NCBI RefSeq assembly: GCF_001194135.2
Contig: NC_068988.1
Location: forward strand, 30,405,726 to 30,443,157
Direction of reading: 5' to 3'
Origin: Octopus bimaculoides
Taxonomy: Eukaryota
Length of the DNA stretch: 37,432 nt
The stretch's first letter is position 1. Each line of letters begins with the position of its first letter. Position numbers and translations under genes: made by a program. A model generated the notes under the pieces. It was not told the origin of the DNA. It did no database searches and was given only the letters and a program-made list of their open reading frames with translations. Shown here piece after piece: positions 26,001 through 33,400 of the stretch.

Positions 26001-28399
26001 CATTCAATAGCACTCGCACTTTTAGTTTCTCCACTGAAACAATCTCCCCTTCATTGTACTGCTGTCTGAAACCTATTCGTTCCATCCAGCTGTAAAAACT
26101 GCCAAAACAGAGACTGAAGTCTGGTGCAGTCTTCTGCCTGGTCAGATCCTGTCAAACCGTCCAACCCATGCCAGCATGGAAAGGCAGATGTTAAACGATG
26201 TTGATGATGACAATGCTCATTTACGACCATAACATGATGTCCAGGCAAGGGTACACACAGACACACAATTATCCATAGTGATCTATTTACACACACACAC
26301 ACACACATTATGCTTCTAGCTTTCATCCGTCAAGTGCACTCAGTAGGACATGGGTAGCTAGGATGTATATAACAACGAGGGCCTCTTTAGCAAGTAGGAC
26401 CTTTATAAGAAGGTCACTGGGACCTGTATAACAACTGCATCAGCCTCTGCACATTTCCCAGCTAACACTACTAACAATTATTTGGATTTAGTTGTATTGA
26501 ACTCTTTGTTAATTATCCTATTCATTATTTCATAATAAGCAATTACTTCTTTTCTGGGTATACTAATTACCACTTCAATAAATGCAAGTCATGTTTTCCT
26601 TACTCATTTTCTGTACCAATCACTGACTCCTTGTTTTCTATTCTGTTGTATTCTATTCAGCTTGTTTTCTATTCTGATGGTGTGTGTGCTTATGTGTGCT
26701 TTTTCTTTTTAAAGTTTTGTGAGATGATTCCTATCTGCTTGTGAATTAACTTCACTTTAACAATGCTTTTTCCTTGTTTGATTGTCTGCAAAAACTATGT
26801 TGACTTAATTTAGGCCGAAACCAACCTGTAATCTTTAGTGCTTTCAAAAGAACAGTTTCAGAAGATAAACCAAGTCAAACCAGCAAATCCAAGCCTTCAA
26901 AAACAACTTATGGTACTTCTTATTTTTGTTGCCGTTGGTTAACGTTCACTAAAACTGTTCTATATTTTAGAGATGACGAATTATGTCCATTATTTACATT
27001 TGATGGATATTTGTCTTCATCTTGTCTGTCTTTAACACAGTATTTCAGCTGATATACCCTCCAGCCATCATCAGGTGTCTTGGGGAAATTTCGAACTTAG
27101 GTTCTCATCCCTCAGGTATTTTTCAATGTTATTATTATTATAATTATTAGTATTATTATTCAGTTCAGTGCCTGGAATCGAATTTGTAATCTTGGGGTTA
27201 GTAGGACACGCTTTTAACCAGTATGCCATAGGCGTGGGTGTATGGCGTTGTGGGTAAGAGTGCGGTCTACTAATCCCAAGATTGCGAGTTTGATTCCAGG
27301 CAGTGACCTAAAAACAAAAAAGGAAAGTTCGAGCAAGGTTGTTGCCATTGCCGCTGGACTGGCTCCTGTGCAGGTGGCACATAAAAAAACACCATTTGAG
27401 CGTGGCCGTTGCCAGTACCGCCTGACTGGCCCTCGTGCCGGTGGCATGTAAAAGCACTCACTACTCTCTTGGAGTGGTTTTCGTTAGGAAGGGCATCCAT
27501 CTGTAGAAACTCTGCCAGATCAGATTGGAACCTGGTGCAGCCAATCTGTTCGCCAGTCCTCAGTCAAATCGTCCAACCCATACCAGCATGGAAAGTGGAC
27601 GTTATTGAAAAATACCTTAGGAATGAGAACCCAGGATCGAAATTTCCCCAAGACACCTGATGAAGGCTGGAAGGTATATCAGCCGAGACGTTGTGTTAAC
27701 AACAAACAAGATGAGGACAAATATCATCAAATGTAAATAATGTAAATAATGCTTACTAAAACTTTTTCAAAGTTAGCTTGTTTAATTACTGACTAAATTC
27801 CTGATAACTAATTTCAGAGCTGAATTTTAATTTCCGATTGGATTTTCAATTCGTTTTCGTTTACTAATGCATTTGGAAACAAGCGTANNNNNNNNNNNNN
27901 NNNNNNNNNNNNNNNNNNNNNNNNNNNNNNNNNNNNNNNNNNNNNNNNNNNNNNNNNNNNNNNNNNNNNNNNNNNNNNNNNNNNNNNNNNNNNNNNNNNN
28001 NNNNNNNNNNNNNNNNNNNNNNNNNNNNNNNNNNNNNNNNNNNNNNNNNNNNNNNNNNNNNNNNNNNNNNNNNNNNNNNNNNNNNNNNNNNNNNNNNNNN
28101 NNNNNNNNNNNNNNNNNNNNNNNNNNNNNNNNNNNNNNNNNNNNNNNNNNNNNNNNNNNNNNNNNNNNNNNNNNNNNNNNNNNNNNNNNNNNNNNNNNNN
28201 NNNNNNNNNNNNNNNNNNNNNNNNNNNNNNNNNNNNNNNNNNNNNNNNNNNNNNNNNNNNNNNNNNNNNNNNNNNNNNNNNNNNNNNNNNNNNNNNNNNN
28301 NNNNNNNNNNNNNNNNNNNNNNNNNNNNNNNNNNNNNNNNNNNNNNNNNNNNNNNNNNNNNNNNNNNNNNNNNNNNNNNNNNNNNNNNNNNNNNNNNNN

Positions 28400-28451
<52 letters not shown>

Positions 28452-30850
28452 TGTGCTTCTAGCTTTCATCCGTCAAGTGCACTCAGTAGGACATGGGTAG
28501 CTAGGATGTATATAAGAAGGGCCCATGTACGACCTCTAGAACAAGGTCACTGGGACCTGTATAACAACTGTATATTTCTTGGCTAACATTACTAACAACT
28601 ATTTGGATTTAGTTGAATTAAACTCTTTGTTAATTAACCTAATCATTATTTCATAATAAGCAGTTACTTCTTTTCTGGGTATACTAATTACCACTTCAAT
28701 ACATGTAAGTCATGTTTTCCTTACTTGTTTTCTGTACCAATCACTGACTCCTTGTTTTCTATTCTGATGGTGTGTATGCATATATGTGCTTTTTCTGTTT
28801 AAGTTTTCCTATCTGCTTGTGAATTAACTTCACCTTACCAATGCTTATTCCTTGTTTGATTGTCTGCAAAAACTATGTTGACTTAATTTAGGCCGAAACC
28901 AACCTACAATCCTTAGTGCTTTCAAAAGAACAGTTTCAGAAGATGAACCAAATCAAACCAGCAAATCCAAGCCTTCAAAAACAACTTATGGTACTTCTTA
29001 TTTTTGTTACTGTTGGTTAACGTTCACTAAAACTTTTTCTTAGTTAGCTTGTTTAATTACTGACTAAATTCCTGATAACTAATCCCAGAGCTGAATTTTA
29101 ATTTCCGATTGGATTTTCAATTCGTTTTCGTTTACTAATGCATTTGGAAACAAGCGTATTACCATTTCAGTTTGTTCTTGACTAGGAATGTAAGTTTGCA
29201 TGCTTAGCCAGAGAAAACGGTTTGAAAGTTACAGCAATGTATCCTGCCTGAAACATTGTAATAGAGTTATAAGCCTGGTATACTTTAGCCCAGAACATTT
29301 ACTAGTTAAGACCATGTAGTGAAAATCGTATGTCATCTAGGCAAAGTACTACAGCCATGTTGTCATTTTGGCAAATAAAAATACATAATAAATAGTTTAA
29401 AAACTATTTTCTTAGCCGTTTTCCTATAACTACTGGCTGTCCTACTTACAGCTAATCTTTCGGTGGCTCATTGGAGTGAACAGAGAGTTACAGCCCTTGC
29501 TGGAGCAATGCACAATGGCTGTCATAAGATTGAAACTTTTATGCGACCAGCTGGAGCAATCAGCATAACCTCACAGACAACTCATTACATTCAATAGCAC
29601 TCAAACATCTAGCTAACACTACTAACAATTATTTGGATTTAGTTGTATTAAACTCTTTGTTAATTAACCTAATCATTATTTCATAATAAGCAATTACTTC
29701 TTTTTCTGGGCATACTAATTACCAGTTCAATGGTATCTACACTTAAGTCATCTTTTCCTTTTATGGTTAAATCGTTTATCAGATTCCAGCTTTGTCTTTT
29801 GCTATCCATACACCAGGTTCATTGCAGCATGGTCTCTCCATTCTTCTTAGAATGTAATTAGAGACTCAATGTACCCTGGGTGGTGGTTAGAAAAATACAG
29901 CATTTGTCTGGTGTTTCGTTAGTTATGACACAAATGTCATGCGTCATCATAATAATGTTTTATTCCAGAACGAGTGTTTTTCATTTTTCCAGCTGTTATC
30001 GTTTTTATTGCAGTGTTTTGTTGGTCCTTTTTAGTGAAGGATGAAAATTTTGTACTAAAATTTAAAAGGGAGTCAGAGGTGCAACTTATACAGAAGTCAT
30101 CATCATCATCGTTTAACATCTGTTTTTCATCCTGGCATGGGTTGGACAGTTTGACAGGTTTAGAGATCCAGCGGCTGCACCAGGCTCCAATCTGATCCGG
30201 CAATGTTTCTACAGCTGGATGCCCTTCCTAATGCCAACCACTCTGAGAGTGTAGTGGGTGCTGTTTTTACATGCCACTGGCACAGGAGTCAGTCAGTTGG
30301 ACCTGGCATTGATCACATTCGGATAGTGTTTTTTATGTGCCACTAGCATGGGGCTCAGTCAAGTGGCACTGGCATCGGCCACATTTGGATGATGCTTTTT
30401 ATGTGCCACCAGCATGGAGGCCAGTCTGTGGGGTACTGGCATCAGTCACAATAAGATGGTGCTTTTTACATGCCGCAGGCACAGGGGACAGTCAGGCGGA
30501 CCTGGCATCGATCATGTTCGGATAGTGCTTTTTAAATGCCACCGGCATGGTGGGTATTCAGGTGGGTACTGGCATTGGCCACGTTCAGATGGTGCTTTTT
30601 ACGTGCCACCAGCAAATATAGTAAATGTGAATATCTCTGTCCTGTTGGAATAAATGTGTCTTTGTCTTTGAATTTTAAATGTTTTCAGGAATTTCATTGA
30701 TGAAGTTAAAGAGATTTTATTGATTTCTTTATTGTTATTGTCCATTTTCTAGAAAAACCTGTTAAAAAGAGAAAAACCAAAAAGAAGGAAGACAGTGATT
30801 CCGACAGTGGTTTTGTCCCTAAGAAACCCAAAGTAACTAAAGTCAAGAAA
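615..30850 (+). CDS. TOP2: DNA topoisomerase II (type IIA), multi-exon, 5'-partial and probably 3'-partial; 22 exons traced
   Basis: Hallmark motifs [16 protein letters not shown] (TOPRIM), [39 protein letters not shown] (catalytic Tyr), [10 protein letters not shown] and ELPIRTWTQ join across canonical GT-AG introns with matching phases. Confidence 0.98.
990..1246 (+). mobile_element. Octopus-type SINE-like repeat, family S1 (AGGAAGGGCATCCAG ... (ATG)n tail)
   Basis: Shares core with more than 10 copies in the window; a further copy lies at about 1392-1592. Confidence 0.7.
1658..1763 (+). CDS. TOP2: TOP2 exon (VTKNKVEK...KIKYYK-G)
   Basis: ttacag acceptor; weak donor G|GTTTTT; 106 nt; phase 1 joins next exon to give KGLGTS. 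Confidence 0.93.
2371..2729 (-). mobile_element. tRNA-derived CORE-like SINE, family S2 (OR2-like)
   Basis: Minus-strand head GTGGCTGTGTGG / GGTTCAGTCCC (A/B box-like), CACCTTGGGCAAGTGTC core; related copies at about 350-470, 3806-4100, 8478-8790, 14960-15122 and 21792-22155. Confidence 0.75.
2909..3018 (+). CDS. TOP2: TOP2 exon ([14 protein letters not shown]...ASINL)
   Basis: ttgctag acceptor, CTG|GTACGT donor, 110 nt. Confidence 0.97.
3141..3233 (+). CDS. TOP2: TOP2 exon ([14 protein letters not shown]...MGLPE), absent from ORF track
   Basis: ttttag acceptor, GAG|GTAAAT donor, 93 nt; conserved AFSKK..ERKEWL motif. Confidence 0.96.
3304..3747 (+). mobile_element. S1 SINE with 4+ copies of an internal 66-bp unit
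   Basis: Units start at 3304, 3370, 3436, 3502 and 3568, followed by the AGGAAGGGCATCC core and GATGATGAT tail. Confidence 0.8.
3806..4100 (-). mobile_element. S2 SINE copy
   Basis: Homologous to 2371-2729. Confidence 0.7.
4501..4737 (+). CDS. TOP2: TOP2 exon (LYLYGKG...DGLKPGQRK...YHHGE)
   Basis: ttctag acceptor, GAG|GTAAGA donor, 237 nt. Confidence 0.97.
4850..5060 (-). mobile_element. tRNA-derived SINE, family related to 16166-16486
   Basis: Shares CAGCTGAGTGGACTGGAGCAAC block (reverse complement at about 16270-16290); tRNA-like head on minus strand. Confidence 0.6.
5976..6124 (+). CDS. TOP2: TOP2 exon with catalytic tyrosine (ASPRY; Tyr codon 6105-6107)
   Basis: aacag acceptor, AG|GTACCA donor, 149 nt; [11 protein letters not shown] and [12 protein letters not shown] motifs. 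Confidence 0.97.
6304..7736 (+). mobile_element. piggyBac-like element spanning a gap
   Basis: TTAA|CTCTTTCGTTACCA ... TGGTAACGAAAGGG|TTAA; acidic ORF start [22 protein letters not shown] at 6563 could be a transposase N-terminal relic. Confidence 0.8.
7969..8200 (+). CDS. TOP2: TOP2 exon (SVGKRIF...[12 protein letters not shown]...DPLNM)
   Basis: ttgcag acceptor, ATG|GTGATT donor, 232 nt, phase 2-0. Confidence 0.96.
8356..8790 (+). mobile_element. S1 fragment fused to S2 3' portion
   Basis: One 66-bp-type unit, then GGCACCTTG...GACTGAAACAAATAAAAGAAT. Confidence 0.65.
9359..9558 (+). CDS. TOP2: TOP2 exon (VPWFKNFKG...ELPIRTWTQ...PSVI)
   Basis: ttccag acceptor, AT|GTAATT donor, 200 nt. Confidence 0.96.
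10226..10361 (+). CDS. TOP2: TOP2 exon (DYKEYHTDT...STNSM)
   Basis: ttttag acceptor, ATG|GTAAGT donor, 136 nt. Confidence 0.96.
10725..10953 (+). mobile_element. S1 SINE copy
   Basis: AGGAAGGGTATCCAG core and GATGATG tail; another copy at about 11655-11950. Confidence 0.7.
11083..11278 (+). CDS. TOP2: TOP2 exon (VLFDQNGC...KIDGLVKI)
   Basis: ttgcag acceptor, G|GTGAGA donor, 196 nt. Confidence 0.96.
11410..11500 (-). mobile_element. Truncated hammerhead-bearing repeat (family H1)
   Basis: Reverse complement reads GACGC CTGATGA A GGCTG...CAACC GAAA TG TT. Confidence 0.7.
12565..12662 (+). CDS. TOP2: TOP2 exon (ENVSKKDL...[10 protein letters not shown]...KNK)
   Basis: ttctag acceptor, AAG|GTAAAA donor, 98 nt. 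Confidence 0.95.
12791..13007 (+). mobile_element. 217-bp piggyBac-like MITE
   Basis: TTAA|CCCTTTCGTTA ... AAAAAGG|TTAA; a related copy starts at about 13039 and runs into the gap. Confidence 0.75.
14708..14842 (+). CDS. TOP2: TOP2 exon (EKDESSDD...[22 protein letters not shown]...EAK), absent from ORF track
   Basis: tgttag acceptor, AAG|GTAAAT donor, 135 nt; conserved FNYxLxxPLWxLTKEK motif. Confidence 0.95.
15964..16047 (+). CDS. TOP2: TOP2 exon ([28 protein letters not shown]), absent from ORF track
   Basis: ttcaaag acceptor, GAT|GTGAGT donor, 84 nt; matches the ELxxLxxKxPxDLWxxDL segment. Confidence 0.9.
16166..16486 (+). mobile_element. tRNA-derived SINE with CORE-like segment
   Basis: GTGGCTTCGTGG / GAGTTCAATTCC boxes; TGTGTCCTTGAGCAAGACACTT core. 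Confidence 0.7.
16894..17189 (+). mobile_element. H1 element: tRNA-like head + (AAT)n + hammerhead-motif tail
   Basis: A box TGGCATAGTGG 16900-16910, B box-like GAGTTTGATTCC, hammerhead motif 17073-17115; homologous to both arms of 26957-27754. Confidence 0.8.
17224..17424 (+). CDS. TOP2: TOP2 exon (QFEEQVRED...[13 protein letters not shown]...KKRQQ)
   Basis: cgtag acceptor, CAA|GTAAGC donor, 201 nt; LPSPxGxR motif. Confidence 0.93.
17571..17794. mobile_element. hAT/Charlie-like MITE
   Basis: Termini CAGTATTTCTCAA ... TTTAGAACCACTG; no clear TSD. Confidence 0.5.
17939..18026 (+). CDS. TOP2: TOP2 CTD exon (IRKEMKEE...[12 protein letters not shown])
   Basis: ttacag acceptor, G|GTGAGT donor, 88 nt, phase 0-1. 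Confidence 0.9.
19690..19909 (-). mobile_element. tRNA-derived SINE with Deu/Nin-like domain, family S3
   Basis: Minus strand GCCTTTCATCCTTTCAGGGTCAATAAATTAAGTACC; copies at about 12000-12160 and 21282-21497. Confidence 0.7.
20241..20418 (+). CDS. TOP2: TOP2 CTD acidic exon ([16 protein letters not shown]...FFAPKK)
   Basis: aatatag acceptor, GA|GTAAGT donor, 178 nt, phase 1-2. Confidence 0.85.
20451..20614. mobile_element. 164-bp palindromic MITE-like insertion with 4-bp TSD TCGT
   Basis: 78-bp arms with 1 mismatch, 8-nt loop, TCGT on both flanks. Confidence 0.8.
21282..21497 (-). mobile_element. S3 SINE copy
   Basis: Homologous to 19690-19909. Confidence 0.7.
21792..22155 (-). mobile_element. 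S2 SINE, near full length
   Basis: Homologous to 2371-2729. Confidence 0.75.
22221..22474 (+). CDS. TOP2: TOP2 CTD exon with (KPTSPA)4 repeat (AKKPTSP...PKEPMK)
   Basis: ttgcag acceptor, A|GTGAGT donor, 254 nt, phase 2-1, open in the expected frame. Confidence 0.87.
22228..22299 (+). repeat. Coding 18-bp minisatellite x4 (KPTSPA)
   Basis: AAGCCCACTTCTCCTGCG units, near identical. Confidence 0.95.
22524..23157. mobile_element. Foldback MITE with 133-bp TIRs and an extra right arm plus flank
   Basis: 22524-22656 is the reverse complement of 22971-23103; a second right arm occupies 22655-22755. Confidence 0.75.
23240..23800 (+). mobile_element. Decayed non-LTR (CR1/Jockey-like) reverse transcriptase fragment
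   Basis: LSKLPSCG...SWISCFLS...LDGVLSS...PGV resembles the segment before GVPQGS; frameshifted YSDG at about 23488 matches the YADD position; [12 protein letters not shown] resembles WxxxNxxxFN. Confidence 0.7.
24024..24149 (+). CDS. TOP2: TOP2 CTD exon ([14 protein letters not shown]...KTTEKS)
   Basis: ttacag acceptor, G|GTAAAT donor, 126 nt, phase 1-1. Confidence 0.87.
25304..25402 (+). CDS. TOP2: TOP2 CTD 99-nt exon, copy A ([33 protein letters not shown])
   Basis: ttaatttag acceptor, G|GTACTT donor, phase 1-1, open frame. Confidence 0.7.
26814..26912 (+). CDS. TOP2: TOP2 CTD 99-nt exon, copy B ([33 protein letters not shown])
   Basis: same splice sites as copy A, phase 1-1, open frame. 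Confidence 0.72.
27034..27079 (-). ncRNA. Degenerate hammerhead motif (H1)
   Basis: GACAC CTGATGA T GGCTG..CAGCT GAAA TA CT GTGTT on minus strand. Confidence 0.55.
27652..27697 (+). ncRNA. Hammerhead motif (H1) with A14G change
   Basis: GACAC CTGATGA A GGCTG..CAGCC GAGA CG TT GTGTT. Confidence 0.6.
28892..28990 (+). CDS. TOP2: TOP2 CTD 99-nt exon, copy C ([33 protein letters not shown])
   Basis: same splice sites as copies A and B, phase 1-1, open frame. Confidence 0.75.
30097..30612 (-). mobile_element. S1 SINE with about 5-6 internal 66-bp units
   Basis: (CAT)n tail, GGATGCCCTTCCT core, tandem units. Confidence 0.8.
30753..30850 (+). CDS. TOP2: TOP2 CTD exon with basic NLS-like cluster ([33 protein letters not shown])
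   Basis: ttctag acceptor, AAA|GTAAGT donor, 98 nt, phase 1-0; no stop codon, so more exon(s) must follow. Confidence 0.88.
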
Positions 30851-31075
30851 GTAAGTATTTTGTCATTTCTCTCTCCATTTGTATCTTCCTCATATTGCCA
30901 TAATTTCCATAACAGCTACTACAGGAGATCATTATTTCTTAACGAACATTGATTATTCTCATAATTTCATTCTAATTTGAATTGTTTTTATTGCCATTTC
31001 TGTACGATGATAGGATTGTCTGTGAAGTTCTGATACTGTATCGTTGAAGTACTTGCTTAACCCTTTAGTATTTAA

Positions 31076-31299
31076 CCCTTTCCATACCAACCCACCTGAA
31101 ACCAGCTCTGGCTCTGTAGTACAATTGTCTTGTTTTCATCAGTTCTGAATTAAAATCTTCCACCAAACCTTAGTCACAATTTATGTTCCTAACACTAACT
31201 TAATAATGATAACTAAGTTAGTTTACTAAATTCTTTGTTATATTTAAAGTAATTGAAAGAAACACAGAGCATCTCAGAATAAATACAGTAACGAAAGGG
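31076..31299 (-). mobile_element. piggyBac-like MITE, same family as 12791-13007, opposite orientation
   Basis: TTAA|CCCTTT ... CGAAAGGG|TTAA; reverse-complement similarity along its length. Confidence 0.75.
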
Positions 31300-31344
31300 T
31301 TAAAATTGGAGAGAGAATAAAGTGGGCCTTAACGATAATGATGA

Positions 31345-31345
<1 letters not shown>

Positions 31346-31395
<50 letters not shown>
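31346..31395 (+). repeat. (TATC)n microsatellite running into a gap
   Basis: Read directly; other microsatellites include (CA)n 28400-28450, (ATG/ATA)n about 35600-35710 and (CT)n 36551-36589. Confidence 0.95.
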
Positions 31396-32956
31396 NNNNN
31401 NNNNNNNNNNNNNNNNNNNNNNNNNNNNNNNNNNNNNNNNNNNNNNNNNNNNNNNNNNNNNNNNNNNNNNNNNNNNNNNNNNNNNNNNNNNNNNNNNNNN
31501 NNNNNNNNNNNNNNNNNNNNNNNNNNNNNNNNNNNNNNNNNNNNNNNNNNNNNNNNNNNNNNNNNNNNNNNNNNNNNNNNNNNNNNNNNNNNNNNNNNNN
31601 NNNNNNNNNNNNNNNNNNNNNNNNNNNNNNNNNNNNNNNNNNNNNNNNNNNNNNNNNNNNNNNNNNNNNNNNNNNNNNNNNNNNNNNNNNNNNNNNNNNN
31701 NNNNNNNNNNNNNNNNNNNNNNNNTTTTTTTTTAACTTATTTCGTGAATTTTATTTTATTTTTTAAAAAAAAGAAACAAAACAAAGCCTTTTTTTTTTTT
31801 TTAAATATTTCCTTCAGATTTCATAATAAAAGATTTTAGGAACTTCTCCCATCCCATAACAACTCCATCCCTTGTTAGGTTTCATTCATCTTGTTAATTC
31901 TCTCCATGACTTCATCTTCTTTTTATCTTTATAACAACTTTCCACCAGTCTTCTTCCACTTACCTTTCTCACAAAAGCCGTGTTTGTTCAGTTCAAGTCA
32001 GGCTTTTGAACTGAGGTGGTCGGAGGTATAAAACATCCAGATATTCATTCCATTTCTGTCTCATCTTCATTAATTTTACTGCAGCGATTGTGAACCACTG
32101 ACCCAACCACACACAAAACAACCATCCTTGTCAGGTGATATTGCTCTATTCTGGCGTGGCTGTCTGTCTGTCTGTCTGTTTCTTTGCATGGAAAGCTGTT
32201 AAATTCTTGTACTTACCAATTTCCATAACTTATTCCTTTCACTCAATGCTGTCATATTTCTTATCTCATTCGCAAGAAATGGTCTAATGTTGGCATTGAA
32301 GACTCAAACAAAAAATGGAAAGAAAAAAAAAAGAAGGGGTCATTTGGCAATCTCAACATGTTTTCCCTTTGACAATGGACTGCGTGTGTAAAGTGAATGG
32401 TGTATGTGATGCAGAGATTGGATTGTGAGTTTCTGTCCTTGTCTGTTGTTTGTTTAAATGCCTGCAGTATTAAGGGAGGAAGGAGAACACTACTTTCTTT
32501 TCTTTTCTTTCTCTCTATCTCTCTCCCTCTCTCCCTTCTCTTCTCTTGGTTCTCAGATTAATGAAAAAAAAGCATCGATGGTTCTTACTACCATCCACAT
32601 TGCATACAAACAGAGTTGGACTGAAGGTGTTGCTGTGACAGCAATCAAGTGGAGTGTGCAGCAGTGCATAAATGTGATTGTAAATGATGTGCCATGTCTG
32701 AAGGAGTGAATGTCTGTTGGCACACCACCACAATTTCCGTGGTTGGATCATGTGGGTTACTGTTACAATTTTCAGCAGGACTTCTATATATCAGTCACCA
32801 AATCACCCTGAGTCTAAGGGATTTGGCCAACGAACCTCAGTGTTTTAAATAAATCTCCACATATTTACACACATGTTGTTGTTGTTCTTCTTTATTTATT
32901 TTTTTTTTTTTCCCTCAACACATACAGATGTTTGTCGACGAAGTGCTTTTGGTATT

Positions 32957-33400
32957 CATCATCATCATCGTTTAACGTCTGCTTTCCATGTTAGCATGGG
33001 TTGGACGATTTGACTGCAAGCCAGAAGGCTGCACCAGGCTCCAATCTGATCTGGCACAGTTTCTACAGCTGGATGTCCTTCCTAATGCCAACCACTCTGA
33101 GAGTGTAGTGGGTGCTTTTACTTGCCACCGGCACAAGGGCCAGTCACACGGTACTGGCAATGGCCATGCTCAAAGTGGTGTTTTTTATGTGCCACCTGCA
33201 CGGGAGCCAGTCCAGTGGCACTGGCAACGACCTCACTTGAATGATTTTCTAACGTGCCACCAGCACAAGTGCTAGAAGGCAACGCTGGTAATGGTTACGC
33301 TCAAATGGTGCTATTTAAGGGCCACTAGCATGGAAGCCAGACAGCTGCTCTGGCAATGAACACACTCAGACAGTGCTGTTAGTGCTCCACTGGCGCGGTG
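32957..33400 (-). mobile_element. S1 SINE with degenerate internal units
   Basis: (CAT)n tail and core as in the other copies. Confidence 0.75.

Larger units (their letters stand above)
26957..27754. mobile_element. Back-to-back pair of H1 elements with nested S1 SINE, 9-bp TSD ACTAAAACT
   Basis: TSD at 26948-26956 and 27755-27763; single ACTAAAACT in the paralogous empty introns. Confidence 0.85.
25138..29760 (+). repeat. Tandem triplication of about 1.5-kb exon-plus-intron unit
   Basis: Upstream intron, exon and downstream intron align among the three copies; A-to-B period 1510 bp. Confidence 0.9.

Noticed and set aside
31964-32461. Strong minus-strand splice signals (donors at 31963 and 32216, acceptor at 32462)
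   Set aside because: Bounded segments have stops in the tested frames or lack recognisable protein; could be UTR or lncRNA exons but cannot be supported
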